Shown: positions 1 through 11,976, numbered from the stretch's first letter. The stretch: 64,000 nucleotides of DNA from Psammoneis japonica (GCA_008632985.1 QPGO01000011.1:558001-622000); one strand, 5' to 3'. Numbers and translations are program-made. Notes: generated from the letters alone by a model not told the origin.

Positions 1-1288
1 ACTGCGCAGGAGCGCTTCCGTCTATCATCTCTGGAGACCCGACGCGACCTTCAAACAAAACCAAGTCTTCCATGGAATCGTAGAGGAAAAACTGAAAGCT
101 GTGATCCGCCATGAACAAAACAGGTACATCTGCGATGGGTCTCACACCAGTTTTTGCGAGCGCTCCCAATGTCACAGCCGCGGCAATTGTACCGATTTCA
201 TTTACTTCAATCAATGTCTTCTGGATAATCAATTCCAACCATTCGCAACCGTCAGAAAAAATGCCACAGAATCCCCCGCCATTTCGCAATCGAAACGGGG
301 CAACGAGCCCAATTCGCTTGAGAGCTTTCTTGAGGCTGCCTTTATACTTGGACTCAAATCGGAATCGTGGCAACGCCAACGCCACACGTTGTGAGTCAAG
401 GAAGGGTATCGATTCCAAGACATCTTCAGATGTCAAGGCATCAAGCCCGTCATCGGTAGGTAGCACCACCACCATGGAGAGTGAACTTGCCGCATACTTC
501 AATTGAATAATCTGGTATCCAGTAATGGCATCATGAGAGTAGGGGAAGAATTCTACCTGGTGCATAAAGTTGACAGGATCCGGTAGCTCTTCGGTTCTTG
601 AGGGGTTCATGAAGAACTTGTCTGCGTTTGTCAAGCGTTCCTTAAAAGGAGACTGCCAATTGGCCTTTAAGTAGATGGAATTGAGTGCCAAGAGAACAAA
701 AGGAGGATAGATGGGACCATCGTCCACAATCGAATCAATCAGTCCTCGTGTTGAAGCATTGACCCATTCATTCACTACCACCCCGGCTTTGGGTGAAGTG
801 AATTTAGTTTCTTGAAGGAATTCTCCCACTATCGATTCGTACTCTGGAGAAAGATTTAGGCCTAAATCAATGGGCACCCATACACTGCTTGCAATTTCGA
901 CTGTCGGAGCTCGAACAAAACACTTCTTCTTTCTGCCACTGACACACCACCCGTCATACTCAGCCGTCAGTCGAGAGACGGTATCTTTCCAATGGAGTGT
1001 AGAAGATCCATTCTTTGCCGGTGAGTTACAGAGCGCCAGGACGGTGCACATCTCATCTCTTGTTTTGGCTGTGCCGCCGGGGTGTAATAGATCAAACATC
1101 AACGATACACCCAAAGAGGAGGAACACTCGTTGTCGTTTTCATAGAGCTCGTTGGTGAGAGAATCCGCGAAACGACGTTGCCCCTCCCTCGAAACTTCTT
1201 CCGTTTCACGTGACAGTGTCAATGGGAGTCTCCCAGTTAAGAAAAGTCCAAAGATGATGAAAGCCTTCAGCTTTTTAGTCGATGACAT
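1..1288 (-). CDS. Serpin (serine protease inhibitor), secreted; 3' end runs off the window
   Basis: Manual translation from ATG at 1288 gives MSSTKKLKAFIIFGLFLTG (signal-like), EWVNASTRGLIDSIV, LALNSIYLKANWQSPF, hinge/RCL IDVNEIGTIAAAVT and the signature FMADHSFQFFLYDS..VLFEGRV. It is missing from the ORF track because no stop lies in the window. Confidence 0.9.
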   Translation of the reverse strand, partial: MSSTKKLKAFIIFGLFLTGRLPLTLSRETEEVSREGQRRFADSLTNELYENDNECSSSLGVSLMFDLLHPGGTAKTRDEMCTVLALCNSPAKNGSSTLHWKDTVSRLTAEYDGWCVSGRKKKCFVRAPTVEIASSVWVPIDLGLNLSPEYESIVGEFLQETKFTSPKAGVVVNEWVNASTRGLIDSIVDDGPIYPPFVLLALNSIYLKANWQSPFKERLTNADKFFMNPSRTEELPDPVNFMHQVEFFPYSHDAITGYQIIQLKYAASSLSMVVVLPTDDGLDALTSEDVLESIPFLDSQRVALALPRFRFESKYKGSLKKALKRIGLVAPFRLRNGGGFCGIFSDGCEWLELIIQKTLIEVNEIGTIAAAVTLGALAKTGVRPIADVPVLFMADHSFQFFLYDSMEDLVLFEGRVGSPEMIDGSAPAQ

Positions 1289-1559
1289 GGTGTTGATTGC
1301 TTTTGTTGATTGATGTTCTCATTTTGTGAAACCCTCAAAGAAGTCGCGACCGCGAGATAGAGGACCAACGCCTCCGATCAACTGCATTTTCAGTTTCAAA
1401 TTTTATTTCCCGAACCCTCCACGATCCACGACCAAAAACATTTCTTGTCGCCGGGACCCGGAGTCGCGACCTCCAACAACGCGCGCGCACCTGCCTCCAC
1501 TCGTACTCGCTCGCTCACTCCTGGCCAGAGAGGTCCATGCTTCCACTCTGCCGTTTTAG

Positions 1560-4500
1560 AGGACCGCTTGTGCTGAATGTCCCTCATCCGTCCATGTTGA
1601 GAGTCTCCAACGTCACAGGACTCTGTCCAACCCAGATCTAGCCAGCGTGTGTCTTGGCTCCACTGTGCCAAGAAAGAAAACACTTGGCACAGCTCTTTTC
1701 CACAGCAAAAACACTGCCTGCGCAGTGCGCAATGCGCAAGCTCGCAAGCTGCTTTTCTTCATGTGCACAAGGCAATGTTTGCAAAGTTCACAGTGGCCAG
1801 TGCCATGTGATGTTGGCTTTGAGTGCAGATGGTGATGGACAGGGACCAGAGTGATGCAAGTGGCAAGCGGGGCAGGTTTGGAAACCCCAGCCACCCCACC
1901 ACCCCAGTCATGGGCGTGGGGCCAGCTGGGCCAGTCTCAAGTTTTCCTTTGGCACTTGCTGCTGAGCAGGTCAGCATGTCATGTGACCCCTGGCAGCAAG
2001 GACACTGCACAGGTGGAAGTTTCAGTTGACTGTGGGGCTGAGAAGCTGGCAAGAAGACCCAAGCTGCCAGTTGCTCAAACAAAAGAGAGTTTTTGATGAG
2101 GTGTCGCTGGACAGAACCAGCCCATTGTTTCAACAGACACATGCCAGCTCTTTTCAAAAGATTCCTGGAGATTGGAGAAGTGCATCCAAATGGTGTGTGC
2201 TTTTCTCAATTGCAAGCACTTGCACAACTGCTTTTGTCAAAATCATCTTCAGAGAGCACCTGACCAGTGACCAGCAAGACAGCCAAATTTGGGGGCCTTG
2301 TGAAATCAGTGGGCTTGCCATGGTTGGCACAACAAAAAGCAGTGGATTTGTTTGACAACGCGCACTTGCTGTCACTGAAAATAAATTCTTGCCCTCAACA
2401 CTGAGGCTGGTGGGTGCAAAAAACTTGGATTCTTGATGTGGAGACATGGGAAGACACCAGCAAGCATGACACAAAACATGAGCACAGCTGCGCATCTTGA
2501 AATGAAAGAAGACTTTGCACAATGAAATTGCCAGAGGCTCTGGAGGTGTGGTGCAGCAAGCAATGAGACAGCAGAGCAGCTGAGAAACAAGCAAGCACAG
2601 AAAAAAACAGTGCGTCAATGAAGACATCTTTTGTCCCCAACATGTGGCCACCACGTTGGTTGCTCTGGAGAAAAGAAGCTTTTGCTCATCAGCAACCACA
2701 CCACCAGAGAACTGTTGCACAGAAGCTTGGTGCCCAGGAAAGTCATGAGGAATTCTGAAGCAAAATTGAGGAAACAACAAAGAAAAGAAAAGCTGGCATG
2801 TGGAGGAAAAGAACCAACAAGCAGGAGGCATTCTCTGCAAAAAAGGGCCAGTGCATCAGTTTTGCTTTCTCTGTTGGCTTGGCTGTGTCAAACAATTTTT
2901 TTCATGCTGAGACCTGTGAACTGCTTCCAGAAAGTCATGCAGAATTTCAGCGTTTGTTGCTCTTCATGCATTTCTGGTTGCAGAATTTAAAGAAGGTGAG
3001 TGTCCTTCACATGTTGCCTGCATGGCCATCATGGGTGGACACATGATGTCAACCAGACTGTTTGCTGTGTGGCCACAGCCATCCAATGTTGAATCGCACA
3101 GAGTGCCAAGAGAGTGCATGGAGAACAAATGTCTTCATGCCAGCAAATGGATCTCTGTTTGTCACTGCCATTGACACAGCATTGAGGAGCAAAATCAACA
3201 AATTTGTCAACTGCACTTTGACTGCTTTGGTTTGACAAGCGCATGCCACAAGACAATGGAGCACCAGGAAGTGTGCTTTCTGAACAAAACAACACTCTCT
3301 CTCACTCTTTGAAAATGGTTTTTCTCTCCTTGCTTTTCAACAAAGTGTTTTTGACACAGATTGGTTGTTTGTGCAATGATGTGTGTTGCTCTGTGCCATT
3401 TCACAAGTTGACATCTCCTCCCTGACATTTCCTGAGACAGCAGCGTCGTTGTGTTTTCTCCAGCGCACTTGGCTGGCACAATCTCATGCATGTTCTCAAA
3501 AGAGAAAGTGACACACTGTTTCATGTTTCCAGTGCTGAAAGTGATGCTGTTTTGTGTTTCCAGTGCTCTCAATGAGAAGAAGGCAGTCTGAAAAAAAGTG
3601 TGCTCTCAAGTGAACGACGATGTGGATGTGGAGGCTCCACACCACCAGAGAGGACATCTCCTCGCAGCACTCGCACCATCCTCACAAGACGCTTTCCAGC
3701 CCTCTCTGTGACAGGTGGGACTCCGTGTGACATTGGGCCCGCAGAATTCTACGTGCGAGCTCCGCAGTGCGAGAATTAAATTGATGGACATGTTTGTCTT
3801 CAACATCAAATGAACGGCCAAGTTTGTGGTGCAATTGTGACTCTTGCCACTTGACGTTTTCGCAAATGCGCCTGCCCCACGTGATTCTTAAAAGACACCA
3901 TAGAATCGCGCTGCAACAAAAAATGTCAAAAGTTGTTGGACGGATCGCTCAACAAGTGCACCGTAAAATGAGACAAAACATCGAAAAAATCACGTGGAAA
4001 TCTACGTGCGCGACATGCGACGTGATTCAAAAAACTGTCGATGTCACAGTTCAGCAGTGCAGTGCGAGGTCCCACCCACCTGGACCTGGAGCGCGTCACA
4101 AGAAGTCACTGCACACAGGTGCACATCAGGATCCACCAGCATTGATGGCTCCGGCACTTTTCAAAGTGTTCAGCAGCACCTGTGAAACAGTCAAAGTGTG
4201 CTCTGTTTGAGATGGATGCTGGCTTTGACCAAGCAAACAATGAGTCAAAGAGCCCAGTCAGCAAGGATGAAGGAGAGGCAGCAACAAGAGGAGGTGCGGA
4301 AAATGCTGTGTGATGGGAGCAAAGAAGGGGCATGCAAGACACAGTGCATGGGGCCTTTCAAAGAAATGATGTGGGAAGCATTGGTGTGAAGAGAGCAGAG
4401 AGGAGCTGAGGGGCATTTGCGGAGAGATGATGAACGACGTTGTGTGCACCTCCCAGTTTGTGTGTGGCCCACCACACTGGGAGGGGTCTGGTGGAAGAGT

Positions 4501-4600
4501 GATGAGAGCTGCCAAAATGGTCAGCAGCAAGTTGGCACCAGGCAAAGTCAGCGAAGGAAAGAAGGGTAGATGGCGAAGCAAGGGCGTGACAAAAGGCGGT
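1560..4600. mobile_element. Block A: hypermutated (TpA/CpG-depleted, TpG/CpA-rich) repeat-derived DNA, family unidentified
   Basis: Near-absence of TA and low CG by eye; many overlapping Cys/His/Gln/Trp-rich, Tyr-poor ORFs; contains a MITE-like copy shared with block D. Boundaries approximate. Confidence 0.7.
3714..4076. mobile_element. MITE-like element copy 1 (363 bp), termini GGTGGGAC...GTCCCACC, flanked by CA on both sides
   Basis: 3712-3767 matches 59273-59328 at 53/56 nt; ~3991-4078 matches ~59562-59644; perfect 8-bp terminal inverted repeat. Confidence 0.8.
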
Positions 4601-4760
4601 GTGCCAGCAGGAACAAGCGTCGGACTTTTTCTCAGAGCTTACGTATCGGCTTTAGTCCCCCATGCTCACTTTCTTGGGCGGGCGGCGCGCGCGCTGCGCG
4701 CAGAGCGCGGCGGAAACTTCAAAGTGCGTGATCGATCAAGGCGGCACATTGAACATCACC

Positions 4761-5864
4761 ATGTCGTTGTTGCCCAACAAGAAGCGCTCTCGTAACGACG
4801 CCAACGACTTGTTTGGGGATACCTCCAGCAGCAGCCTTACGGCTAGTATCTTTGGTGACAATGTCAATTCTACAGAACCGTCATCCTTGTTTGATAGCAG
4901 CAACCAAGACCAGCAATTGCAAGCCACCCGTGCAATGATTCAACGCAATACACAAGCCTATGATACCAGTCCAAAGCAAGAAACAAACGTCAACACAAAA
5001 CTAACAACGAATATGGAGTCTTTGATAACTGTAGCTTTTGAGGATTATTATAAAGGCTCGACGGATAATGTGGAAGAGGATGAATTGCGTTTGCTGTTGG
5101 GAAAGTGTCATTCCGTAATGATGAGCGAAGGTGTCTTGCTCTTGACCAGTCACAATCACTCTATTTTGGATTCAGCGTTATTGCAAGAAATGTCGGAAAA
5201 GGCCAAGAAAATTGAGATGCAAGTCGATAAAGCCTTGGAAAAGAGGCACGGCACTGAAACCGCCTCGACAAAAAAGGAACAATCCTTTCGCTATGCCGAG
5301 GTGGCCTCTCGGTGTACAGGTCGGTACGACATTCGATACAAAATGAACGAGCCACCTTTTTCGCTGTTGCAAGAGAATGTGTATCTCCAATCTCTCATGT
5401 CCAAGTTTTTGGGTGAGACATTCAAGCTAGTGTATATTGGATTGATTGTTTCCAAACCCAACTCCACAAATCAACCATGGCATCAAGATGGCGAGCCTCT
5501 CTTTGGAAATGAGCTGGCGGATATCGAATTGCCGCCTCACGCCATGAATGTATTTATTCCTTTGATTGACATTACGCAAGAGCTCGGTCCGACTGAATTT
5601 GTGTTGCACAGTCAGCATGCTACCAAGCAAGATCCCATTGTCGAAAACGACATTGTTCTAGACACAGAAAGCATTGTCGCGCCGCTCCTCAAGCTGGGAG
5701 ACGTTTTGGTTTATGATTACCGAGCCTGCCATCGTGGAACCGCCAACCTTTCTGCTTCAACGACAAGGCCCATGGTGTACATGATTTATGCCAAACCGTG
5801 GTTTCAAGAGCACTTGAATTTTGGAGACAAAAAATTGTTTCAACACGAGAACGATGAGACGTAG
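4761..5864 (+). CDS. Phytanoyl-CoA dioxygenase (PhyH)-family 2OG-Fe(II) oxygenase
   Basis: QPWHQDG (HxD), NVFIPLIDITQELGPTEF and GDVLVYDYRACHRGTAN..RP; ATG at 4761 is in frame with ORF 4662..5864. Confidence 0.85.
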   Translation: MSLLPNKKRSRNDANDLFGDTSSSSLTASIFGDNVNSTEPSSLFDSSNQDQQLQATRAMIQRNTQAYDTSPKQETNVNTKLTTNMESLITVAFEDYYKGSTDNVEEDELRLLLGKCHSVMMSEGVLLLTSHNHSILDSALLQEMSEKAKKIEMQVDKALEKRHGTETASTKKEQSFRYAEVASRCTGRYDIRYKMNEPPFSLLQENVYLQSLMSKFLGETFKLVYIGLIVSKPNSTNQPWHQDGEPLFGNELADIELPPHAMNVFIPLIDITQELGPTEFVLHSQHATKQDPIVENDIVLDTESIVAPLLKLGDVLVYDYRACHRGTANLSASTTRPMVYMIYAKPWFQEHLNFGDKKLFQHENDET

Positions 5865-6753
5865 CGAATACAGACATTCATAGAACTGGGTGTCTTGCAG
5901 CCATTTTGATTTCCCAAGCACGAGTGCAAGCGTCATGTTTACGATGACAGCGACGGGAAGATGTTTTCTGTCGATGTGCTTCATGATGTTTTTTGTTTCT
6001 TGGAGGGATTATACTCGAACTGCATCAAAGAGCTAGAAAAATTGCGAACTCATGCGAAATTTGGAGAGTGTACGAGGTAAGAAGACATTTTTTTAAGTAG
6101 GCCCTCGATCAGGACAAGATATAGACTTTACCAGGGTACTATGTCTTTATTTTTCGGGCGGCTTCTTTTGACTTCTCGTAAATGCGGCGGTTTTGCAGTG
6201 TTTCAACACGTTAGGACGCTTTGTTGGAATAGCCGACAAGAGAGGCCTGTACAACGCTTGCAGTAGCCTTGTCCTCGTAGGGCGGTGTGGTACCAATGGC
6301 GACTTGACGACAAAGCTCTAGTTAGTTTCTGATGCGTCGAAACCCGGGTGTTCATCATGTAAGAATTCAGGACAGCTGCAAACAAGTAATCCTCTCTGCA
6401 TCATGTAATCTGGACGTAGCCAGCTAGTTCACTGCTACGATGCATCGTCCGCACTGATAACAACGGCGCGGCCCAAACGAGGATGGCAGAGGTACTTCTA
6501 CTACCGGTAGGTCTAGTGCCAGTGGCTAGTTAGTAGGCGGGTCCAGTGGGTTGAAAGCATGGATGATTAGACCTCTGAATATGCATTGAATATCAATTGA
6601 ATCCTCTCTTGTTTCCTCTCTAGAGTGGCAGTGCCCCCAGCAATAATGCACTCATTATTACAAATCCCCGATCCACCATAGTCGGATCATTTTACTCTCA
6701 GTTGACAATTTCCGTAGTCAACGTAGTCAATGGTTTTGTCCACGAGAACAAAA

Positions 6754-9700
6754 TCATCGCTTCTTTCCACCCTTTTTCCCATAATGAGTGCCCCCCTTCT
6801 TTCCGTAGCCTGTTGAATGGCGTCGGTACGGCTTGGGTGGATGTTGTGAGTTTCGTGGTGGTCTACCATTGTACGAGTGCTTTCCACCATAGTAGTGCGA
6901 GGTATGGTAGCCAACCGGTTTTCCTCCATTTTTCACCGGCGTTGGCTTGTAGAAATAGGGATTTTTTTTGTTAGGAGGAACCAATGATGACGATGGAGTA
7001 GCGACGGACTTTTTCAGTTCGGTATTTCCTTGTAAAGGATTTTTCAGTTTGGCGCCTCCTTCCCAAGGCTTTTGTACGTTGGCGCCTCCTTGTGAAGGCT
7101 TCTTCAGTCTGACGCCTCCTTCCCAAGGCTTCTTTGGCTTTGCACCTCCCTGCAAGGGCTTTTTCACGTTGGCGCCTACTTGTGAAGGCTTCTTCAGTCT
7201 TGCACCTCCTTCCCAAGGTTTTTTCGGCTTTGCACCTCCTTGCAAAGGTTTTTTCACGTTGGCACCTCCTTGTGTGGGCTTCTTCAATCTTGCATCTCCT
7301 TCCCAAGGTTTTTTCGGCTTTGCACCTCCCGCCTGCAAGGGCTTTTTCACTTTGGCGCCTCCTTGTGAAGGCTTCTTCAGTCTTGCACCTCCTTCCCAAG
7401 GTTTTTTCGGCTTTGCACCTCCTTGCAAAGGTTTTTTAACGTTGGCACCTCCTTGTGTGGGCTTCTTCAGTCTGGCACCTTCTTCCCAAGGTTTTTCTGG
7501 CTTTGCACCACCCTGGAAAGGCTTTTTCAGTTTGGCCCCTACTTCCCAAGGCTTTTTTGGTTTGGAATTAGGTGCAATGTATTTGTATCCCTTCACTTTA
7601 TTTCCTTTGGGCATTGCATGTTTGCGCATCAAGTGAGCATACGTCCACTTGGCATTGTCTTTCTTTGGTTGCTTTTTCGGGTAGTTACGAATCCCATGAG
7701 AATAGCCGTATGATTGCTTGTTGACTTTGTGTTTGTACACAGGGTGGTATATTTGATGTGGCCTTGAAAATTTTCCTTTCTTAACGTATCCGCCCTTCTT
7801 ACCTTTCTTGCCGTACCCACCCTTCTTGCCCTGAGGTACGTAGTAGTAGTAGTAACCTGGGTTGTAATTGTAACCACCCTTATTCTGCTTCTTGCTGGGT
7901 CCTTTCAACCACGATACAGGTGTAGAAGGCTTCTTAGTAACTGGACGCCGAGTTGGTGTCGTCGGCACCGAAGGTGGTGTTGGTACGCCTGCGTCTGTTC
8001 CTGTAGGTGGTGGTAGGGAGGGTGGAATAATGGGTGCTGGTGTAACAGTCGGTGGGACAATAGGTGCAGGGGTAACAGTCGGCGGGACAATCGTTGGTGT
8101 CGGTGGTGAAATTGTCGGTGAGATTACAGGTGCCTGTGTTATAGTCGGCGGGCTATCCGTCGGGGGTGTAGTAGTCGGAGGGCTAGCTGTTGGTGGTACA
8201 ATTGTCGGAGGGCTAGCTGTTGGGGGTACGACGGTCGGAGGGGTCACTGTCGGTGAGACAACTGGCGGTGGTGTTGCAGTCGGTGGGTTCGGATCAGGGC
8301 TAGCAACAGTAGGAGGGCTTACTGTCGGTGAGTTTGTACTGCTCGGGGGGACCGATTCACGCCCTGTTACAATTCCGGGGATAGATGGGTCGATGTCTTG
8401 TTGGCATGATCTGGCTGCCCCAAAGAACTGACAAGCTCCCGTACACTCGCCTCCCATGAAACATCCACCCCCATCAAACTCTTGAAACAAGCGCAGACCA
8501 CGTCCATTGCATTCGCCAGAAATCTGGTTTTCGACGTAATTATCTGATCGTTGAAGAGATGCGTCATCGCCCACAAAAACCGTTGACTTCGTATCGAACC
8601 CATTGACAAAACAAGACCGTCTAACCGAAACGCTACTCCGCCAAATGGCAAATATGGTTGACTAGCAAAGAAGAAGCAGGTAAGAGAATAGCGATAGTGA
8701 CAATCAATGAGATTTTTTTCAGTCCAGGTTGAATGTCGTGTGGTCTGCTCGAGATTGTCAATCAAAGTACTCACCGTGTAGAAGTTGTTCAATTCGAAAT
8801 TGATATCGACCATTTCGACTACGGCGTCGCCTACTGCAAAAACAAGAGCTCCAATATCGTGCGGATACGGCTGATAGGGAAAAAAATCAGCATGAGGGTT
8901 TTTGAGGAAAGCAGAGAATAACATAAGACCAGGACAACAATCAATGCTACTTACAGATCCTTCGTTGCCAGCAAAAGTGATGTCTTCGAGATACGCAAAG
9001 CCACCATCACCAACGTCAACACCGGTCTAAAGCAGGAAAGGAAATTGTTCGTTTAAGAAGGAGAAACGCATGAAACATGGCAAGCAGATTCTTCGCAACG
9101 TACCCTTAGGTTCTTGTTGTTTTTTATTCTAGCATCAAACAACGTAGCAGAACTCTCGTCGTGAACAAAAACGACGGACCAATCAAAAGGAAAGTCGTGA
9201 TCGAGAACGTCGATTGAAGACAGGTCTGTCTCACTTGTCTTTCCTTCAGTGTAGAAGACTTCCTGTATTTACAGATAGGAGGAAAAGGTACAATGAGCAA
9301 ACCGCGGTAGAGTCCGTTGTTGAGAGAGAAACACGCAACGCTCGGCGCATCCCCATCACATACCATCAAGCTGTCGTTCTCTTTGACGACAACGTCGTGG
9401 GCTCGAACGTAGCCACCACTGGTTGCAAAGGACACGGACTGACAAAAGAGCCAGAGGTGATACAAACTATTTTGAGAGACATTGTCATTACTATTCAACG
9501 AAAGATGGAGGGAAAGTAATACTTACATCCATGTCACAACGTGTAATGGTCGCGTTCAGGAGACTCGATTTGCCTTCATTTCCTGTTGCAATAAACGCCT
9601 TGCATATAACAAAAATCAACAAGAATGAGAAAGACTCCTTCCATCAAATGCAGCCGAGTGCCCGTATCTAAGTAACACTCACCGTTGCGCTGACCCGTTC

Positions 9701-10539
9701 AGCAGTGACGTCTCTAACGACCACCGCGCCGTTGTCATTGTCGAGCCAGATCCCTCCGCGTCCGTCCTGTTTCAAAAGGTTACAAGTACATGATGTGAGA
9801 CTTGTCTTCTGCAAAATGCTGTGTTTCAGAATGGCACCAGACCAACGGGTATACTTACCGTGACGTTTGCTGTCGTTATCTCCAGGGTCATTGCTTCTTG
9901 GCTCATTCCATTTGGACGTCTCACCTCAATTGCAAAGGTTGTATCCCAATTCTAGGCAGAAGATAAAAAAGAGAGTCAGTGACGGTGTTTTGGTCATAAA
10001 TTTGTTTCAAAATTTCACAAATGACGTACCGTCCAACGACAATCAATGAACTTCGCCGAAGTGCTCCGGGTAGCCGCTGCCACAATGCTTGCGTACCCGA
10101 ATGATTCAAAGGTGAGGCCATGAAATTGCAAGTTGTCAAATACATAGCCATCAACATCGGTTAGCTCTGTAATTTCAATTTGTCGGCTCCCTTGTGTGAA
10201 TTTACAGTTGTCGGACGCAAGACCATATGCACCGCAGACAAAGTTAGCGTTGTTCAACAGAGGTTTCAACGCAAACCGTATCCTAAACTCGGTGTTTGGA
10301 CAGAGAGTAAAAGTGTACGCCTGAGCAACATTTTGCTTCTCTACTCTAATCCTCTGGTACTCATCTTCCATGTCCATGTTGATGTCGCGTACGCTCAGGT
10401 ATCCCTGAAGGCCCAAATTGCTGGGACATGGTCTTATTCGAGGTTTCACAATTTGACAATTTGCTGTCCATTGATTGAAAGTGATAATGCCCAAAAGCAG
10501 TCGAAAAGAATTGCTAGTGAGCATTGCAAGACTTTTCAT
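6754..10539 (-). CDS. Large secreted multi-exon protein: Cys-containing N-terminal domain, Pro/Thr-rich stalk, Lys/Gly/Tyr-rich region and Lys-Pro decapeptide repeats (cell-wall/adhesive candidate)
   Basis: Signal-like N-terminus in ORF 10015..10539; first intron checked (donor GTACGT at 10029, acceptor at 9952, frame continues NWDTTFAIEV); further GTAAGT-type donors downstream; terminal exon is ORF 6754..8574. Middle exons not fully resolved. Confidence 0.7.
7025..7570 (-). repeat. Coding tandem repeat, 30-nt unit (~18 decapeptides GGAxxKKPx[Q/E]) with a higher-order 90-nt period
   Basis: Units GGAKPKKPWE / GGARLKKPSQ / GGANVKKPLQ cycle in the translation. Confidence 0.95.
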
Positions 10540-10964
10540 CTTGGTTGTTTGACAGGTTGCGGTCTTTCGAGAGTTCTTGGTTTGATTCTTGAATTCATGT
10601 CCTGTGAGCCATTTTGTGAGCGTTGGAGGCTCTCCTTCCGTTGAGATGTGACAATTTTCAAATTAATCCAATATTCGCATTTGTAGCAGTAGCATTTGTA
10701 TCATCAATATCATGATCATAGTTGTCAATTACCATAAGGAAATTTTCAGCAAGTACTCAAATTTGATAGAAAAACGAGGCAAAATGTCCTGCAGTCGCAT
10801 GAGTCAATTTCTTCTGCGCGGCCTTTCTTCGCGCGTGGCTCTTCGCGCTTGCTGCGCGTCATCAGGCGGCGCGCGCGTTGCAGACAAGATTTTCTGCAAC
10901 GTGAGAACATGAGAAAACAAAAATGACATTACATGTACAACATATAAAATAAGAGCCAGCAACC

Positions 10965-11840
10965 ATGATGCCACGACCGAAAAGAAAAAAGAACCTGTTG
11001 CGTCAGTTGCTAATGCTACCGTTGACGCTTAGTCATTTCGGTGTAGCACTCAGTTCAATGGCCGTTCCCAAGTCTGTCCGAATCCATGCAACAAAAGCAG
11101 TTTCTCAGCGTGTAGCGGTGCCTCCTTGTGGTTCCAACCCGTTGCATGAATATATGCAGCTGCCAGCTGCACAATATGCCTGTGTACCCATGCCATTAAA
11201 TTCTTCTTTAACAAGAGTCGAGGGAAGCACTGACGAATTCTGTCTGGAAGTTCCAAAGATGCGTTTCAATATCCCGGGAGTACAATCAGTTCATGTCATC
11301 CCGCACGTTATGGCGAGGGTGTCGGTGCTAGAAGACCACGTGAGTGTGTGTTCAAACGAATGTACCATTCGAGGCTCACCTATTATCGAAAAGCTGAGGC
11401 TTAATGATCGTTTCGATTTTACGTGCGTTACGAAAATTAACTGGGATTCGAAAAACGCCCGAGACAAACGCAAGGACGAACCGTCCTCGGTGCCTGACAA
11501 CGAGAAATTCAATACCATTCGCGCCACTTCTGAAATAACGGTAGATTTTTATCCCACAGGGATATTTGCTCGGGTACCACGTCGCCTTCAACGGGGTGTT
11601 GGAAATGTTGCCATGTACTTGACACTAAGCGCCCTGTTGAGCAAGTTCATGCGAAGTTTGGGCCGTGACTACGAGAAGTGGTCAACCGATTCGGACTACA
11701 GGGATCAAAGACGACAATTGGAGCTGGAACTTGAGCAAGAGCTATCGACGTTTGGGCCACACCGACGCCTACAGAAGGCTGACAAGATCAAAAATGACAC
11801 TGTACGAAAAAGAGCGCTATTTCGATTAGACAAAAAATAG
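10965..11840 (+). CDS. DUF1997-like protein
   Basis: 291-aa intact ORF with LHEYMQLPAAQYACVPMP..FCLEVPKMRF and KFMRSLGRDYEKW; family assigned from recalled resemblance only. Confidence 0.65.
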   Translation: MMPRPKRKKNLLRQLLMLPLTLSHFGVALSSMAVPKSVRIHATKAVSQRVAVPPCGSNPLHEYMQLPAAQYACVPMPLNSSLTRVEGSTDEFCLEVPKMRFNIPGVQSVHVIPHVMARVSVLEDHVSVCSNECTIRGSPIIEKLRLNDRFDFTCVTKINWDSKNARDKRKDEPSSVPDNEKFNTIRATSEITVDFYPTGIFARVPRRLQRGVGNVAMYLTLSALLSKFMRSLGRDYEKWSTDSDYRDQRRQLELELEQELSTFGPHRRLQKADKIKNDTVRKRALFRLDKK

Positions 11841-11976
11841 ACAGAAGGCTGAAGACTGTCTGTAGAGTTCGCAAATGCTACTGGACGAAAAAGAGCTCCA
11901 TTTCGGTTGGACAAAATCTATGGTTCTAGGTGAGAGATAAGCTCCAGAGCAAAAATAGACTGCAACCTCTAGAAAA

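Noticed and set aside
1565..1710. Similarity between the left edges of block A and block D (~58860-58970)
   Set aside because: Only scattered short words (cacagctctt, ctccactg), expected by chance in this biased composition.
1560..4600. Dozens of Cys/His-rich ORFs in blocks A-D as metal-binding proteins
   Set aside because: Explained by TG/CA enrichment and loss of TAA/TAG stops; no coherent domains except those annotated in the TIR element.
7025..7570. Regular 30-nt (and 27-nt at 12.7-12.9 kb) repeats as CRISPR arrays
   Set aside because: No unique spacers, in-frame coding repeats, eukaryotic context and no cas genes.
6968..8431. Plus-strand ORFs 6968..7636 and 7892..8431
   Set aside because: Antisense shadows of the repetitive minus-strand exon.
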